64,000 nt of DNA from Candidatus Woesearchaeota archaeon (GCA_016185615.1 JACPNE010000003.1:6265-70264), one strand, 5' to 3'. Positions 8,057 through 18,465 are shown, numbered from the stretch's first letter. Notes: generated from the letters alone by a model not told the origin. Numbers and translations are program-made.

Positions 8057-9415
8057 TTAGAATTTCAATCCAGGAATTTTTCCTTTAAATTTCCTCATGA
8101 CTTTATCCATTCCTTTTTCAGTTGAAGCTCCTTTCATTATTTTAACCAACTTTTTACTTTGTTTATATTGCTTCAATAGATCTCTTATTTCACTTGGATT
8201 TACTCCAGCCCCTTTAGCTATTCTCTCTACCCTATTTCTATCTATAGATTCAGGATCTTCTAATTCTTCTTTTGTGCAACTATCCATAATATATTTCCAT
8301 CGCTTTAATTTATCTTCCTGTACATCCAATAATTCTTTTGGAATGTTAGCATTCGACATTCCGGGTATTAATTCCATTATTTTGCTTAATGGGCCTAATT
8401 TTTTCATACTCTCCATCTGATCATACAAATCAACCAAATTATAATCTCCCTTCAATAATCTTTTTCCTAATTCTTCAGCTTTTTCTTGAGAAACTTCAGT
8501 TTTTACTTTCTCCAATAATGATTCTAAATCTCCCATTCCTAACAATCTAGAAACAAATCCTTTTGGATTAAATTGTTCTAAATCATCAACTTTTTCTCCT
8601 ATTCCTATAAACTTGACTTTTGCTTCTGTAGCAGCGCATGCACTTAGTGCTCCTCCACCCTTAGCAGTTCCATCCAATTTAGTTATTATAACCCCAGTTA
8701 TTTTACAACTATCATGGAAAGCCTTAGCTTGTGTCTGTGCGGCTTGTCCTATATCTGAACTTATAACCAATAATCTTTCTTCTGGCTTTATTGATTCATT
8801 TAATCTCTTGATTTCTTCAATTAAGTCATTGCTTAATGCATCTCTTCCAGCTGTATCAATTATTAACAAATCATATTTATTAAATTCATTTTTAAATTTC
8901 TCATAAATCTTTAAGGGATTTTTCTCTTTTTTGTCTATGAAATAAGGAACATTAACTTGTTTGCTTATTTGTTCTAATTGGTCAAAAGCTGCTGGTCTAT
9001 AAACATCTAACCCCAAGGTTGCGACTTTATATCCCCTTTTAGTGTAAAACTTTGATAATTTTCCTACTGTAGTGGTTTTTCCAGATCCAAATAATCCAAC
9101 TAACATTATTTTGAATGGTTTTTTCTTTTCTAGAATAATCTCTTCTTTTTCTCCACCCAAAAAATTTACTAATTCTTCATAAACAATGTTTACAATATGT
9201 GCTCTTTGATCAAGTTTCTTAGTAACTTCATTAAGAGCTCTTTCCTTAATCCTCTTTGTTAAGTCAAAAACTAATTGTACATTCACATCAGCTTTTAGCA
9301 ATGCCTTTTGTATCTCTTTAACCAGTTCATTTATTAAAGTGTCATCAACAAACATGCTATTAGCTATCTTTTTCAATGTATTTTTCAATGAACTGCTTAA
9401 TGTATCTAATACCAT
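8057..9415 (-). CDS. srp54: signal recognition particle protein SRP54
   Basis: G-domain motifs GLFGSGKTTT, DTAGR and TKLDGTAKGG, followed by a Met/Lys-rich M domain. Confidence 0.95.
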   Translation of the reverse strand: MVLDTLSSSLKNTLKKIANSMFVDDTLINELVKEIQKALLKADVNVQLVFDLTKRIKERALNEVTKKLDQRAHIVNIVYEELVNFLGGEKEEIILEKKKPFKIMLVGLFGSGKTTTVGKLSKFYTKRGYKVATLGLDVYRPAAFDQLEQISKQVNVPYFIDKKEKNPLKIYEKFKNEFNKYDLLIIDTAGRDALSNDLIEEIKRLNESIKPEERLLVISSDIGQAAQTQAKAFHDSCKITGVIITKLDGTAKGGGALSACAATEAKVKFIGIGEKVDDLEQFNPKGFVSRLLGMGDLESLLEKVKTEVSQEKAEELGKRLLKGDYNLVDLYDQMESMKKLGPLSKIMELIPGMSNANIPKELLDVQEDKLKRWKYIMDSCTKEELEDPESIDRNRVERIAKGAGVNPSEIRDLLKQYKQSKKLVKIMKGASTEKGMDKVMRKFKGKIPGLKF

Positions 9416-9453
9416 TAATATTTCTTAGAATCAGTGTTTAAAAAACTAATTAT

Positions 9454-9825
9454 CTATCTAGCATATAAGTTATCATAACTATCTTCAGCCATAACCTCTA
9501 TTTTAATCTTTTCTTCTGTAGGGATATTAGATTCTAAAGGAATATATTCTGTTCTCATGATTATACATTCAAGCATTTCTCTACTTATTTTTTTACTGTA
9601 TGATGTGATAGCTAAAAGACGGCAATCACCAAAATCCCCAATTGATATTAGTTCATTGGAATTAGGTATTTGATAACAATCTATCCCGATCTTCTTTTCT
9701 CTATGTTCTAAAAGAAAGCCATCCGCCCTATTTTCATTAGCTAAAAGAAGTGAACATTGAGAACTTAAATCTTGTTTTATCCTAGGAATATTTGACTCAA
9801 GGAAAGCCATATTGGTATAAACCAT
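9454..9825 (-). CDS. hypothetical protein
   Basis: 123-aa ORF between srp54 and ftsY on the same strand. No motif recognised. Confidence 0.45.
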   Translation of the reverse strand: MVYTNMAFLESNIPRIKQDLSSQCSLLLANENRADGFLLEHREKKIGIDCYQIPNSNELISIGDFGDCRLLAITSYSKKISREMLECIIMRTEYIPLESNIPTEEKIKIEVMAEDSYDNLYAR

Positions 9826-9862
9826 TAAATATAGAATATTTTTAAATATTTAAATATTTATA

Positions 9863-10975
9863 TTAAAGTCCTAATGATTTAACAACTTCTTTGGAATCAA
9901 ATTCTTTTAAATCATCATATTCTTGCCCAACTCCAAAATATAGAATTGGTTCTTGTGTAATAAAACTAACAGATATTGCTGCCCCCCCTTTCTCATCAAC
10001 ATCAGCCTTAGTTAAAATAATTCCATCTATCTTAATTGCTTCATTAAATTGTTTTGCCTGTTCAATGCAATCATTCCCAGTAATAGACTCTCCAATAAAT
10101 ATCTTTAAATTAGGATTTGCAACTTTTATTATTTTTTTCATCTCATTCATAAGATTTTTGTTGCTTTGTAGTCTTCCTGCTGTATCAACAAGAACAACAT
10201 CAATGTTTTTGGCTTCTGCGTGTTTTATTCCATCAAATGCAACTGCCGCTGGATCTGATCCATAATCGTGTTTTATTACCTTGATTCCAAGTCTTTTGCC
10301 ATGTTCCTCTAATTGCTGGATTGCAGCAGCCCTAAAAGTATCAGCAGCCACCATTACAGAACTTATCTTGTTTTTCTTTAATATATTGGCTATCTTAGCT
10401 ATTGTAGTAGTTTTACCTCCACCATTAACTCCGACAAAAACAATAACAAATGGCTTTTTTCCTTCTTTAATAATTTTTAAGAAATTTTTTTGATTTATAA
10501 AAAGAGAGTCGATACTCTCTCTAAGACTTTCTTTTATTATCTCTTCAATCTTGCCTCTTTTCAATGGCTTGTCAACCAAATCAGATTTTAAATCATCCTT
10601 AATTTTGTCAATTACTTCAGATGCAACATTATTTTCAAGCATTATCAATTCTAAATCCCAAAATAAATCTTCAAATTTATTTTCTGAAATTTTTGTTGTT
10701 ATAATTTTTTCTTTTATTTTTCCAAAGAATGATTTCTTCTCTTCTACGTCTTCAATTAAATCATCTTTTTTCTTTATTATCTCTTTTTGGGTTGATTTTT
10801 TTTGAATTTCTTCTTTGGTTTCTTCTATTTCTTCTATTCCTTCTATAACTCCCTGTACTTCTTCTTTTATTTCTGGTTGTTTTTCTAATTTTTCTTCAGT
10901 TTCTTTAGATTCTTCTACTTTAGAACTAAATTTTGAGATTGTATCTTTTAATTTATCTTTCAAAAATTTAAACAT
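9863..10975 (-). CDS. ftsY: signal recognition particle receptor FtsY
   Basis: Acidic/Lys-rich N-terminal region, then NG domain with GVNGGGKTTT, DTAGR and TKADVDEKGG. Confidence 0.95.
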   Translation of the reverse strand: MFKFLKDKLKDTISKFSSKVEESKETEEKLEKQPEIKEEVQGVIEGIEEIEETKEEIQKKSTQKEIIKKKDDLIEDVEEKKSFFGKIKEKIITTKISENKFEDLFWDLELIMLENNVASEVIDKIKDDLKSDLVDKPLKRGKIEEIIKESLRESIDSLFINQKNFLKIIKEGKKPFVIVFVGVNGGGKTTTIAKIANILKKNKISSVMVAADTFRAAAIQQLEEHGKRLGIKVIKHDYGSDPAAVAFDGIKHAEAKNIDVVLVDTAGRLQSNKNLMNEMKKIIKVANPNLKIFIGESITGNDCIEQAKQFNEAIKIDGIILTKADVDEKGGAAISVSFITQEPILYFGVGQEYDDLKEFDSKEVVKSLGL

Positions 10976-11005
10976 AAACTAATAGTAAGAGCTAAATTTA
11001 TAAAA

Positions 11006-11986
11006 TTAACCGAACATCTTTTTAACAACTAAAGTTGCATAGCTTCCAGGCGGTAAAGAAAATTCCAAAATTGCTTTCAATTTTCCTTTACTTGATTCAT
11101 CTTTTTCATAAGTACATTTTAAGTTTTTGATTTTTACTATCAAATCTCTCTCATTACCCTCACTGCTTATTTCTGGAATTTGTTTTATTATAAAATCCTC
11201 TTTTTTTATTTTATATTTGTTCATTAATTCATTATATAATAATTCTATCTCATTATTCTCAAACTCTGTTAAAAATCCCAATATTGGAACTTTTATATTG
11301 TTTATATTTTCATTGGAAAAAATAAATTCTCCATATTCATATTCTATTTCCTTAAATTCTTTGTATTTTTTAGAAAAATATATGTTTAATACTTCATTAA
11401 ACAATAAACTCTGATATGAATTAATATAAAATCTTAATAATTTTTTTCCTAAATTCCTTAACGGATTTACATAATCTCCTTTATCCCATTTCAATTTAAG
11501 TGTATAACAAGCTTTCCTAAATTCTTTTTTTATTAATGCGTTTCCTACAATTGGATTTATATTTCCAAATCTCTGGTCATCAAAATAATTTTCAATAAAA
11601 TCAATTTTTTCAGCTTCCCTATCTAAATTTCTGACAACAATTATAAATCTATTAGACTTAATTTGTCCTAACTTTAGCCTTTCATTAGAATATCCAATAA
11701 ATTGTAATGTCAAACCCTTTATGTTAACATTTTCAATCTCTTTTCTACTAATTTTGTACACAGAAACATATTGTCTAGTAATAGCCTTCTTATCTTTAAT
11801 GCCAGCCACATTAATTCTATTTGGTTTTATTCTAAGCTTAGAGGCTATTGCTTTTATAGCATCATTAGTATTCCAATCTCTCTTTTCAAGTATAAAATAT
11901 GTATAATCCCTAATATTACTAGATAAGTCTAATTCAATCTCTTCTTCAACGAAGAAATCATCCATTTTTTGCTTTATTTTGTACAT
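11006..11986 (-). CDS. truD: tRNA pseudouridine synthase TruD/Pus7 family
   Basis: 326 aa. AGIKDKKAITRQY motif containing the catalytic Asp, characteristic of TruD. Confidence 0.75.
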   Translation of the reverse strand: MYKIKQKMDDFFVEEEIELDLSSNIRDYTYFILEKRDWNTNDAIKAIASKLRIKPNRINVAGIKDKKAITRQYVSVYKISRKEIENVNIKGLTLQFIGYSNERLKLGQIKSNRFIIVVRNLDREAEKIDFIENYFDDQRFGNINPIVGNALIKKEFRKACYTLKLKWDKGDYVNPLRNLGKKLLRFYINSYQSLLFNEVLNIYFSKKYKEFKEIEYEYGEFIFSNENINNIKVPILGFLTEFENNEIELLYNELMNKYKIKKEDFIIKQIPEISSEGNERDLIVKIKNLKCTYEKDESSKGKLKAILEFSLPPGSYATLVVKKMFG

Positions 11987-12054
11987 TATTTAACCTTAAA
12001 AATAATCATTTAAGAATAAGAAAGATTTTAAAAAACTATTCAACACAGATTAGT

Positions 12055-12672
12055 ATGGATGGAGAGATAATAACCTATGAAGTGCTGTATGACATACTAA
12101 GAAAAGAGAAGTATAATCAAGAATTACAGCGTCTAGACAAAGATTTCTTTGAAAAGGTAACAAAGTACATTAATGAAAAGATGTCTATATTAGAATCGCA
12201 AGAACAGAAAACAAGTATATTTGCCTCAACAGAGCTACAGAAAACAAGAAAACAATTAGAAAATATTAGTAAAATATTAAAAGATTTATATGAAAGAAGG
12301 GAAAATAAGATTATTCAAATTGCCTTGTTTGCATCTAAAACTAAAGAAAAGCCAGATTTGTCAGTATTATTGCCTGACGAACAAGGATTTTATAATTCAA
12401 TAATACTTATCCTAAACCAGTATAGGATGAATATCTTATTTAATGTATTAGAAGGCAAAGCACCAAGAATAGTAGAAGTAGAGAAACCAAAAGAATTAAA
12501 AAGCCAAAATAAGGATAAAGAAAACAAAACAATAATGTTTACTGAAAACGTGCCTAAGTTTATGGGTGATGACCTTAGTATATATGGTCCATTTAAACAA
12601 GAGGATATAGCCTCATTGCCAAAAATGATTGTTGAAATATTAGTAAGCAAGGGAAAAGCAAGGGAAATATGA
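12055..12672 (+). CDS. hypothetical protein, possibly GINS (Sld5/Gins51-like) replication factor
   Basis: 205 aa. The N-terminal helical pattern ITYEVLYDILRKEKYNQELQRLDKDFFEKVTKYI...RRENKIIQIAL resembles archaeal GINS A-domains. This is a weak, motif-level call only. Confidence 0.4.
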   Translation: MDGEIITYEVLYDILRKEKYNQELQRLDKDFFEKVTKYINEKMSILESQEQKTSIFASTELQKTRKQLENISKILKDLYERRENKIIQIALFASKTKEKPDLSVLLPDEQGFYNSIILILNQYRMNILFNVLEGKAPRIVEVEKPKELKSQNKDKENKTIMFTENVPKFMGDDLSIYGPFKQEDIASLPKMIVEILVSKGKAREI

Positions 12673-12980
12673 AAATTCCAAAGATAATTAACACTTATTG
12701 TAAATATTGTAAAAAGCATACGGCCCACAGTGTTAGCCAAGCAAGGGTAAAAGAAAGAGGTTCTTTAAAGAAGGGTTCAATTCAAAGGGCCATGAAAAGA
12801 GGACTTGGTAAAGGGCATGGTAATCTTGGGAAATACGGCTCAAAGCCAGCAATCTCAAAATGGAAAAGAACTGGGGCAAAGGGATCAAAGAGAGTAGATT
12901 TAAGATTAAAGTGTAATGTGTGTAATAAAACAACAGTAAAAGCAACAAGATCAAGAGTCAAGAAATTCTCCCTAGAATAA
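12669..12980 (+). CDS. rpl44e: 50S ribosomal protein L44e (eL42)
   Basis: 103 aa, very basic, with zinc ribbon CKYCKKHT...CNVCNK. ATGA overlap with the upstream ORF. Confidence 0.9.
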   Translation: MKIPKIINTYCKYCKKHTAHSVSQARVKERGSLKKGSIQRAMKRGLGKGHGNLGKYGSKPAISKWKRTGAKGSKRVDLRLKCNVCNKTTVKATRSRVKKFSLE

Positions 12981-13014
12981 AAAGTTTTTTAAATTATCTT
13001 AAATTTTTTGTAAT

Positions 13015-13203
13015 ATGCAAGAATACATAAAAGAAACAAAAAGTAAGTTTATAAAACTAAGATGTCCTAAATGTAAGAACGAACAAGTTATGTTTGGCAA
13101 AACAGCTACCAAAGTAAAATGTTTGGTATGCGGCAAATTGCTTGCTGTTCCTACTGGCGGAAAGGCTAAGATAAAATCCCAAATATTGGAGATATTGGAA
13201 TAA
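13015..13203 (+). CDS. rps27e: 30S ribosomal protein S27e
   Basis: 62 aa. C4 zinc ribbon CPKCKNEQ...CLVCGK typical of S27e. Confidence 0.9.
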   Translation: MQEYIKETKSKFIKLRCPKCKNEQVMFGKTATKVKCLVCGKLLAVPTGGKAKIKSQILEILE

Positions 13204-13988
13204 TGTTTTATAAGAAAGAAGGACTTCCAGGAGACTCAGAATTAGTTTTATGTACTGTAAAAAAAGTCCTTGATCATTCTGTTTTTGTTTCATTGGATGA
13301 ATATAAAGAATTAGATGGGATGATACACATATCTGAAGTATCTCCTGGTAGAATCAGAAATATAAGGGATTTTGTAAAAGAAGGTAAAACAATAGTATGT
13401 AAAGTACTTAGAATCAATAGAGAAAAGAAGCATGTTGATTTGTCATTAAGAAGAGTTTCCTCGTCAATGAGGAAAAGAAAAAGTAATGAGTATAAGCAGG
13501 AGCAAAGAGCAGAAAAGATATTGGAAATAGTTGCTAAGAAGTTAAAGATAGATTTAGAAAAAATGTATCAAAATGCGGGCTATTCATTAATAGAAGAATT
13601 TGGATCATTATATGAATCATTCACCCAAATATTAAAAGATAAAAATGTTGCTAAGAAGTTAAAGGTAAAAGATAAATATCTAAAACCACTTATAGAAGAA
13701 ATAGAAAATAATATTAAGCCTCCCGAAATAAATAAAACTGCAACATTATTCCTAAGAACTACATCTCCTGAGGGGGTTGAAGTAATAAAAGCATGTATAA
13801 AAGAATTATTAAATTTAGCAAAACAAAAAAGTTATAATATAAGGGTGTCTTATATAAGTTCGCCTAAATATAAAATAGATGTCAAATCTCATGATTATAA
13901 AACTGCTGAGAATATATTAAAAGAGGTTTCTCAAGTAGCAATAAAATATATAGAAAAAAATAAAGGCAAGGGACAACTAATAGAATGA
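13203..13988 (+). CDS. eif2a: translation initiation factor 2 subunit alpha (aIF2-alpha)
   Basis: N-terminal S1 domain (ELVLCTVKKVLDHSVFVSLDEY..GMIHISEVSPGRIRNIRDFVKEG). 261 aa. Conserved L44e-S27e-aIF2a-Nop10 gene order. Confidence 0.9.
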   Translation: MFYKKEGLPGDSELVLCTVKKVLDHSVFVSLDEYKELDGMIHISEVSPGRIRNIRDFVKEGKTIVCKVLRINREKKHVDLSLRRVSSSMRKRKSNEYKQEQRAEKILEIVAKKLKIDLEKMYQNAGYSLIEEFGSLYESFTQILKDKNVAKKLKVKDKYLKPLIEEIENNIKPPEINKTATLFLRTTSPEGVEVIKACIKELLNLAKQKSYNIRVSYISSPKYKIDVKSHDYKTAENILKEVSQVAIKYIEKNKGKGQLIE

Positions 13989-14137
13989 TATTAAGATGTA
14001 AGATCTGTGGGGGATATACAATGGACAAAACTTGCCCTAAATGCAAGGAAGAAACGTTAACAGTTAAGCCTGCAAAATATTCTCCAGAAGATAAGTATGG
14101 GCATTATAGGAGATTAGCAAAGAAAAATGAACTATAA
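13985..14137 (+). CDS. nop10: H/ACA RNP protein Nop10
   Basis: Unlisted 50-aa ORF: MILRCKICGGYTMDKTCPKCKEETLTVKPAKYSPEDKYGHYRRLAKKNEL. It has a zinc ribbon plus the PAKYSPEDKY signature. ATGA overlap with the aIF2a stop. Confidence 0.85.
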   Translation: MILRCKICGGYTMDKTCPKCKEETLTVKPAKYSPEDKYGHYRRLAKKNEL

Positions 14138-14891
14138 ATTTAAACAAATAGCAAAACTGAATAAGCTAAATGATGCAATTTTGATAGAAGGACTTCCAGG
14201 AATAGGCAATGTTGGGAAGATAGCAGTAGATTTTATGATTGATAATCTCAAAGCAAAAAAAATCTATCAAATATACTCGCATAGCTTTCCTCATGCTGTT
14301 TTTATAAATGAAGAAAATTTAGTTGAACTCCCAAGAATAGAAATATATTACAAAAAAGTAAAGAATAAAGATGTACTATTATTGGCTGGAGATATACAAC
14401 CAATTGATGAATCATCATGTTATGATTTTTGCGAAAGTGTATTAGACAATGTATCAAAATACAAAGTTAAAGAAATAATCACAATAGGCGGGATTGGATT
14501 ACAGCATATTCCTCAAAATCCAAAAGTATATTGCACCTCAAATGATAAAGACATTGTTAAAAAGTATAAATCAAAAAATCTGACAAATAATATTTTCGGT
14601 GTTGTGGGTCCAATAATCGGTGTGTCTGGATTATTGGTTGGATTAGCTCAGCAAAGAAATATTCCTGCAATGGCATTATTAGCAGAGACATTTCATCACC
14701 CAACATATTTAGGAATAAAAGGTGCAAGAGAAGTCTTAAAAATTATAGATGATAAACATAAATTGGGCTTAGAACTGGGAAAACTAGATGATGAGATATT
14801 TGAGATTGAAAAGGAAATAAAAACAAAGACTAAAGAATTCTCAAAACTTCAACAAAGAAAAGATAATACTAGAACAGATTATATAGGTTAA
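14127..14891 (+). CDS. PAC2-family proteasome assembly chaperone-like protein
   Basis: 254 aa. LIEGLPGIGNVGKIAVDFMI near the N-terminus is typical of COG1938/PAC2 proteins, which usually follow nop10 in archaea. Confidence 0.7.
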   Translation: MNYKFKQIAKLNKLNDAILIEGLPGIGNVGKIAVDFMIDNLKAKKIYQIYSHSFPHAVFINEENLVELPRIEIYYKKVKNKDVLLLAGDIQPIDESSCYDFCESVLDNVSKYKVKEIITIGGIGLQHIPQNPKVYCTSNDKDIVKKYKSKNLTNNIFGVVGPIIGVSGLLVGLAQQRNIPAMALLAETFHHPTYLGIKGAREVLKIIDDKHKLGLELGKLDDEIFEIEKEIKTKTKEFSKLQQRKDNTRTDYIG

Positions 14892-16123
14892 AATTCTCTT
14901 AAAGTTTTTTGCTCTTTTTTGTTAATTATTCCTGATTCCTCAAGTACAATTTCCCCATATTCTCCATCATATCCTGGATTGATTTTTAGTTTATCTTCTC
15001 TGTTTAAAATAATAACCTTTGCCATTTTTTCCGGGACAACTTTAATAAGTTCATTATAATCTACATTCAATAAGACATTAAATTCACTCCCAAATTTGTT
15101 TATTATTGTGTTATATACCCCCCATACTTTCTTAGAGGTTATCTGATTTGTATTATAGACTTTAATTATTAGTTCATGTAAAGGTATTAATCTCTTGTAT
15201 TGTATTGGATTTTTTGGTTCATATCCTTCTTTTTCTTTGGCTAATTCCTCAATCCTATATTGTACCCCAATTGTTAATGGTTGTCCGCATTTGGGACATA
15301 TTCCTTTTAATTTTCTTGTTTCTTCAGGATTTAATCTAATGTTACAACCTTTATGACCATCATAATGGTATCTCCCATAATCCGGAACAGTTTCAATAGT
15401 AAAAGAAAATCCTTTCCTTGTCCTTATTGCTTCTAAGATATTTTTATAGCTTAAATCACAATCAAAAGCGGTAGCTTCTCTTCCTAGCCTCCATGGCCAA
15501 TAACTATGCGCATCTGAAAATGAAACTATATTTACATCCTCTTTTAAGCGCCATAACATTGGGGGATCTGCACTCATTCCTGATTCTATAGCATGAATGT
15601 GTTTAGTATTATCCTTAAAACAATCTTTCAGTGAATCAAATCCTGTCTTAGACCCATATAATCCAAAATATGGTGTCATACAATGTGCTGGAACAATCTC
15701 AATATCATTACTAATATTCCTCATAAAATCAACTAGTTCTATAGAAGAAAAGCCAAATATTGGTCTGCCATCATAATCCAATCTTCCTTTGCTCCCCAAA
15801 AATGCAATTATCTGATCAGCAACTTCCCCATTGGGAGCGAAGATTAAATGATGAATTCTCCTGCCCTTCCCATCTTGTCTGTACATTAAGCTTATTTCTG
15901 TTTGCCAGATAAAAGGAAATTTTGTGCTACTCCACAAGATTCCATTTTCATCTTCCTTCAATTTTTCTTTTATTTCTTTATTCCACAATGGATGCTGAAA
16001 ATCGCCTGTTCCTAATAAATCTAAACCTTTTATTCTCGCATATTTTTCAAGAAGGTCTAAAGTAGTATTTTTACTACAAGCAGCAGCATATCTGCTATGT
16101 ATTTGTAGATCAGCTATTATCAT
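14888..16123 (-). CDS. PHP-domain endonuclease Q (EndoQ)-like protein
   Basis: 411 aa. N-terminal PHP motif DLQIHSRYAAA, GTGDFQHP, SDAHS, internal zinc finger CPKCGQP and C-terminal PGYDGEYGEI, matching the EndoQ (COG1379) architecture. Confidence 0.65.
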   Translation of the reverse strand: MIIADLQIHSRYAAACSKNTTLDLLEKYARIKGLDLLGTGDFQHPLWNKEIKEKLKEDENGILWSSTKFPFIWQTEISLMYRQDGKGRRIHHLIFAPNGEVADQIIAFLGSKGRLDYDGRPIFGFSSIELVDFMRNISNDIEIVPAHCMTPYFGLYGSKTGFDSLKDCFKDNTKHIHAIESGMSADPPMLWRLKEDVNIVSFSDAHSYWPWRLGREATAFDCDLSYKNILEAIRTRKGFSFTIETVPDYGRYHYDGHKGCNIRLNPEETRKLKGICPKCGQPLTIGVQYRIEELAKEKEGYEPKNPIQYKRLIPLHELIIKVYNTNQITSKKVWGVYNTIINKFGSEFNVLLNVDYNELIKVVPEKMAKVIILNREDKLKINPGYDGEYGEIVLEESGIINKKEQKTLREF

Positions 16124-16149
16124 AATTAACCACGATAAATAATTTGTAT

Positions 16150-17109
16150 TTAAGCTTCTGTATCCTCTACAACAATCTTCTTCTCTGTAGAATCTTTAAA
16201 GAAGTAAGTTAATTCAATTGATAATGGTCTTGTGTGTGCAAATTCTTGTAATCCTGATGTTGATATCTCACAGCTTATTGTCCTTTTTCCATCTATTAAA
16301 TCAATCACTCCTTCGCTACCATCATTTAGTCTGCTACATTTAGCATTTAGTCTTCCAGAAACAGAACTTACTTTTACTAATATTTTATTCTTTTTATCCC
16401 TGTTTTCATCACAAACATCAAAGAAAGTTCCTGGCTCATAAACTTCACCTTTACCTTTCTTTTCTATATCAAATGTGAATGTAACCTCATTAGCCCCGCT
16501 TGGTCTTTGGTTTATTTTAGTTACTTGAATTGGAGCACCCGAATTTTCAATATTTAAATTATCATTATCTAGTTTGCATACATCATTGGTTAATCTTTCA
16601 TTAGCTGTTTTTTTCAAACATAAATCAGTTTGTGCTATTGTTTTATACTCATAACAAACATCTGCTCTTATATTAACAGTAAAGTCAGCGCTAAGATCAA
16701 ACTTATATCTTGCATCTCTGAATTTTAGCTCTATTTCTTCCCCTAATTCTTCTCTATCCCTAAATTTCTTTTTTCCGCCAAGTTCTGTATCGCTTCTCTC
16801 AGATAATGAACGTAAAGAAAATGCTTCTCTGTCTATCCCTTGTAATGAAGCAATAACCTTTCCATCATCAATATCGTGCTCTCCTTCATTCTCAACAACA
16901 ACAACAACATCAAATTCATCCGCACTATTATCTCCAACCCTGGTTGGGGTATCATCACTAAAACTCAATTTTAGCCCATTATCCCCCCCTACAAATCTTT
17001 TACTGGATAAGTTATTAGAATCAGATGCTTTATCGCAACCTGCAATTAATAAAACTCCAAATAGAACTAAGACTAAAAAGTGCTCTTTTTTCATTATATT
17101 AAGTCTCAT
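16150..17109 (-). CDS. lipobox-containing secreted protein (paralogue of 27526-28467)
   Basis: Signal peptide ending in lipobox LLIAG-C. Collinear similarity to the 313-aa protein at 27526-28467, e.g. SGAPIQVTKINQ / NSPVAITSIKQQ and LSIELTYFFK / LIIKLAYPYK. Confidence 0.65.
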   Translation of the reverse strand: MRLNIMKKEHFLVLVLFGVLLIAGCDKASDSNNLSSKRFVGGDNGLKLSFSDDTPTRVGDNSADEFDVVVVVENEGEHDIDDGKVIASLQGIDREAFSLRSLSERSDTELGGKKKFRDREELGEEIELKFRDARYKFDLSADFTVNIRADVCYEYKTIAQTDLCLKKTANERLTNDVCKLDNDNLNIENSGAPIQVTKINQRPSGANEVTFTFDIEKKGKGEVYEPGTFFDVCDENRDKKNKILVKVSSVSGRLNAKCSRLNDGSEGVIDLIDGKRTISCEISTSGLQEFAHTRPLSIELTYFFKDSTEKKIVVEDTEA

Positions 17110-17131
17110 ATTTATTTATTAAAGTTTTCTA

Positions 17132-18424
17132 TCACTCCAAAAATATTGTTAATCTCTCTATTTCAAAGGAAGTTTTTGGTATTATTTTAATTGCATTGTC
17201 TCCTCTTCTTACGAAAGAGGAAATATCTCTTTCATAAAAGCTATCAACAACATCAAAAGATACTGTATCTTCATTTATAGCAATATTTGCTCTTTTTATC
17301 TTAGAGCCTCTTTCATCTTTAAAATCTAATCTTAAGATTATATTTGAATCCCCTTTACAATCAAAGTCAAATTCACAATCTTCTGTACATCTATCAAAAC
17401 AACTATCTGTTCCACAATCAAAATCGCATTCTCTTATGCATCTATCAAATCCAGTTCCACATAATCCAGTAGTTCTATCAAAATCTTCGTCATCTACTTG
17501 AAAGTTATATTTTGGGAAGGATATCTCTCCAATGCTTAATTCAACCTGAATATCATCCAGCTGATAATCTCCTCTGTCAATATTAAACTCAAATCTATTA
17601 AGTCCAGATTTTACCCTATCTGGGGAGATATCTATTTTATTTAATCCTGAATCACAAAACACAAAATCATTGAACAATAGCCTATTATTCAAAGTCATGG
17701 ATAATCTTCCTTGTTCTTTAAGTGATAAGCAATTTACAAAATAAGATAATGTTAATCCTTCCAATCCATTTTTTTCATTATCAGTCAGGGAAAAATCTCT
17801 TGAGGCTACTTTATTATTTGATCTTGTTGTTACAATTAATTTTATATCATTCAATTGATAATCATCTCCAAATCCTCTTGAAGAAATCAATTTCAGTTCA
17901 TTCTTATTTCTCAAACCATTAATTGGAAGACTTATTGGAATTCTGCTTGATTCAATCTCATCTTCAAAAACCAAATTTCCATTCAATTCAATCTTTACCT
18001 TTCCTTTTCCTTTGACAACAAAAAGAAATAATTCAAATTTTTCTATATTCTCAACATCATTTAAATCAAATTCAAAAGATCTATCATTCTCAATAAAAAA
18101 ACTTTTTTCTAATGTCGTTGTTTTTGATAGGTCTATTGTACTTTTTTCTAATCTAGAATATAATAACACTGGAACAAATTCCTTAACTACAGATTCTTCC
18201 CCAAATGGTGTTACTTCGCCGGGAAATGCACTCAATAATACCTTTTCTGAATCAATAAAATCGATTCTATCACCACCATTATTTATTCCACCCGAAGAAG
18301 TTCCAGGCAATAACTCTTCTCTCAAGTCCACAGGAATAGAAACGATATACAAGACAATCAATAATGCAGTTATAAGAATAAGAGCAGCAATATTTGTTCC
18401 CGCCTCTCCCCTTTTACTTTTCAT
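17132..18424 (-). CDS. extracellular protein with prepilin-like N-terminus, two DYQL-motif domains and a Cys/Asp-rich cluster
   Basis: N-terminus MKSKRG-EAGTNIAALILITALLIVL. Internal repeat GDDYQLNDIKLIV / RGDYQLDDIQVEL. Ten Cys within ~36 aa (GLCGTGFDRCIRECDFDCGTDSCFDRCTEDCEFDFDC). Confidence 0.65.
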   Translation of the reverse strand: MKSKRGEAGTNIAALILITALLIVLYIVSIPVDLREELLPGTSSGGINNGGDRIDFIDSEKVLLSAFPGEVTPFGEESVVKEFVPVLLYSRLEKSTIDLSKTTTLEKSFFIENDRSFEFDLNDVENIEKFELFLFVVKGKGKVKIELNGNLVFEDEIESSRIPISLPINGLRNKNELKLISSRGFGDDYQLNDIKLIVTTRSNNKVASRDFSLTDNEKNGLEGLTLSYFVNCLSLKEQGRLSMTLNNRLLFNDFVFCDSGLNKIDISPDRVKSGLNRFEFNIDRGDYQLDDIQVELSIGEISFPKYNFQVDDEDFDRTTGLCGTGFDRCIRECDFDCGTDSCFDRCTEDCEFDFDCKGDSNIILRLDFKDERGSKIKRANIAINEDTVSFDVVDSFYERDISSFVRRGDNAIKIIPKTSFEIERLTIFLE

Positions 18425-18465
18425 CGATTAATAATGAGATTTTTTCTATTTAAATATTTCCACGA

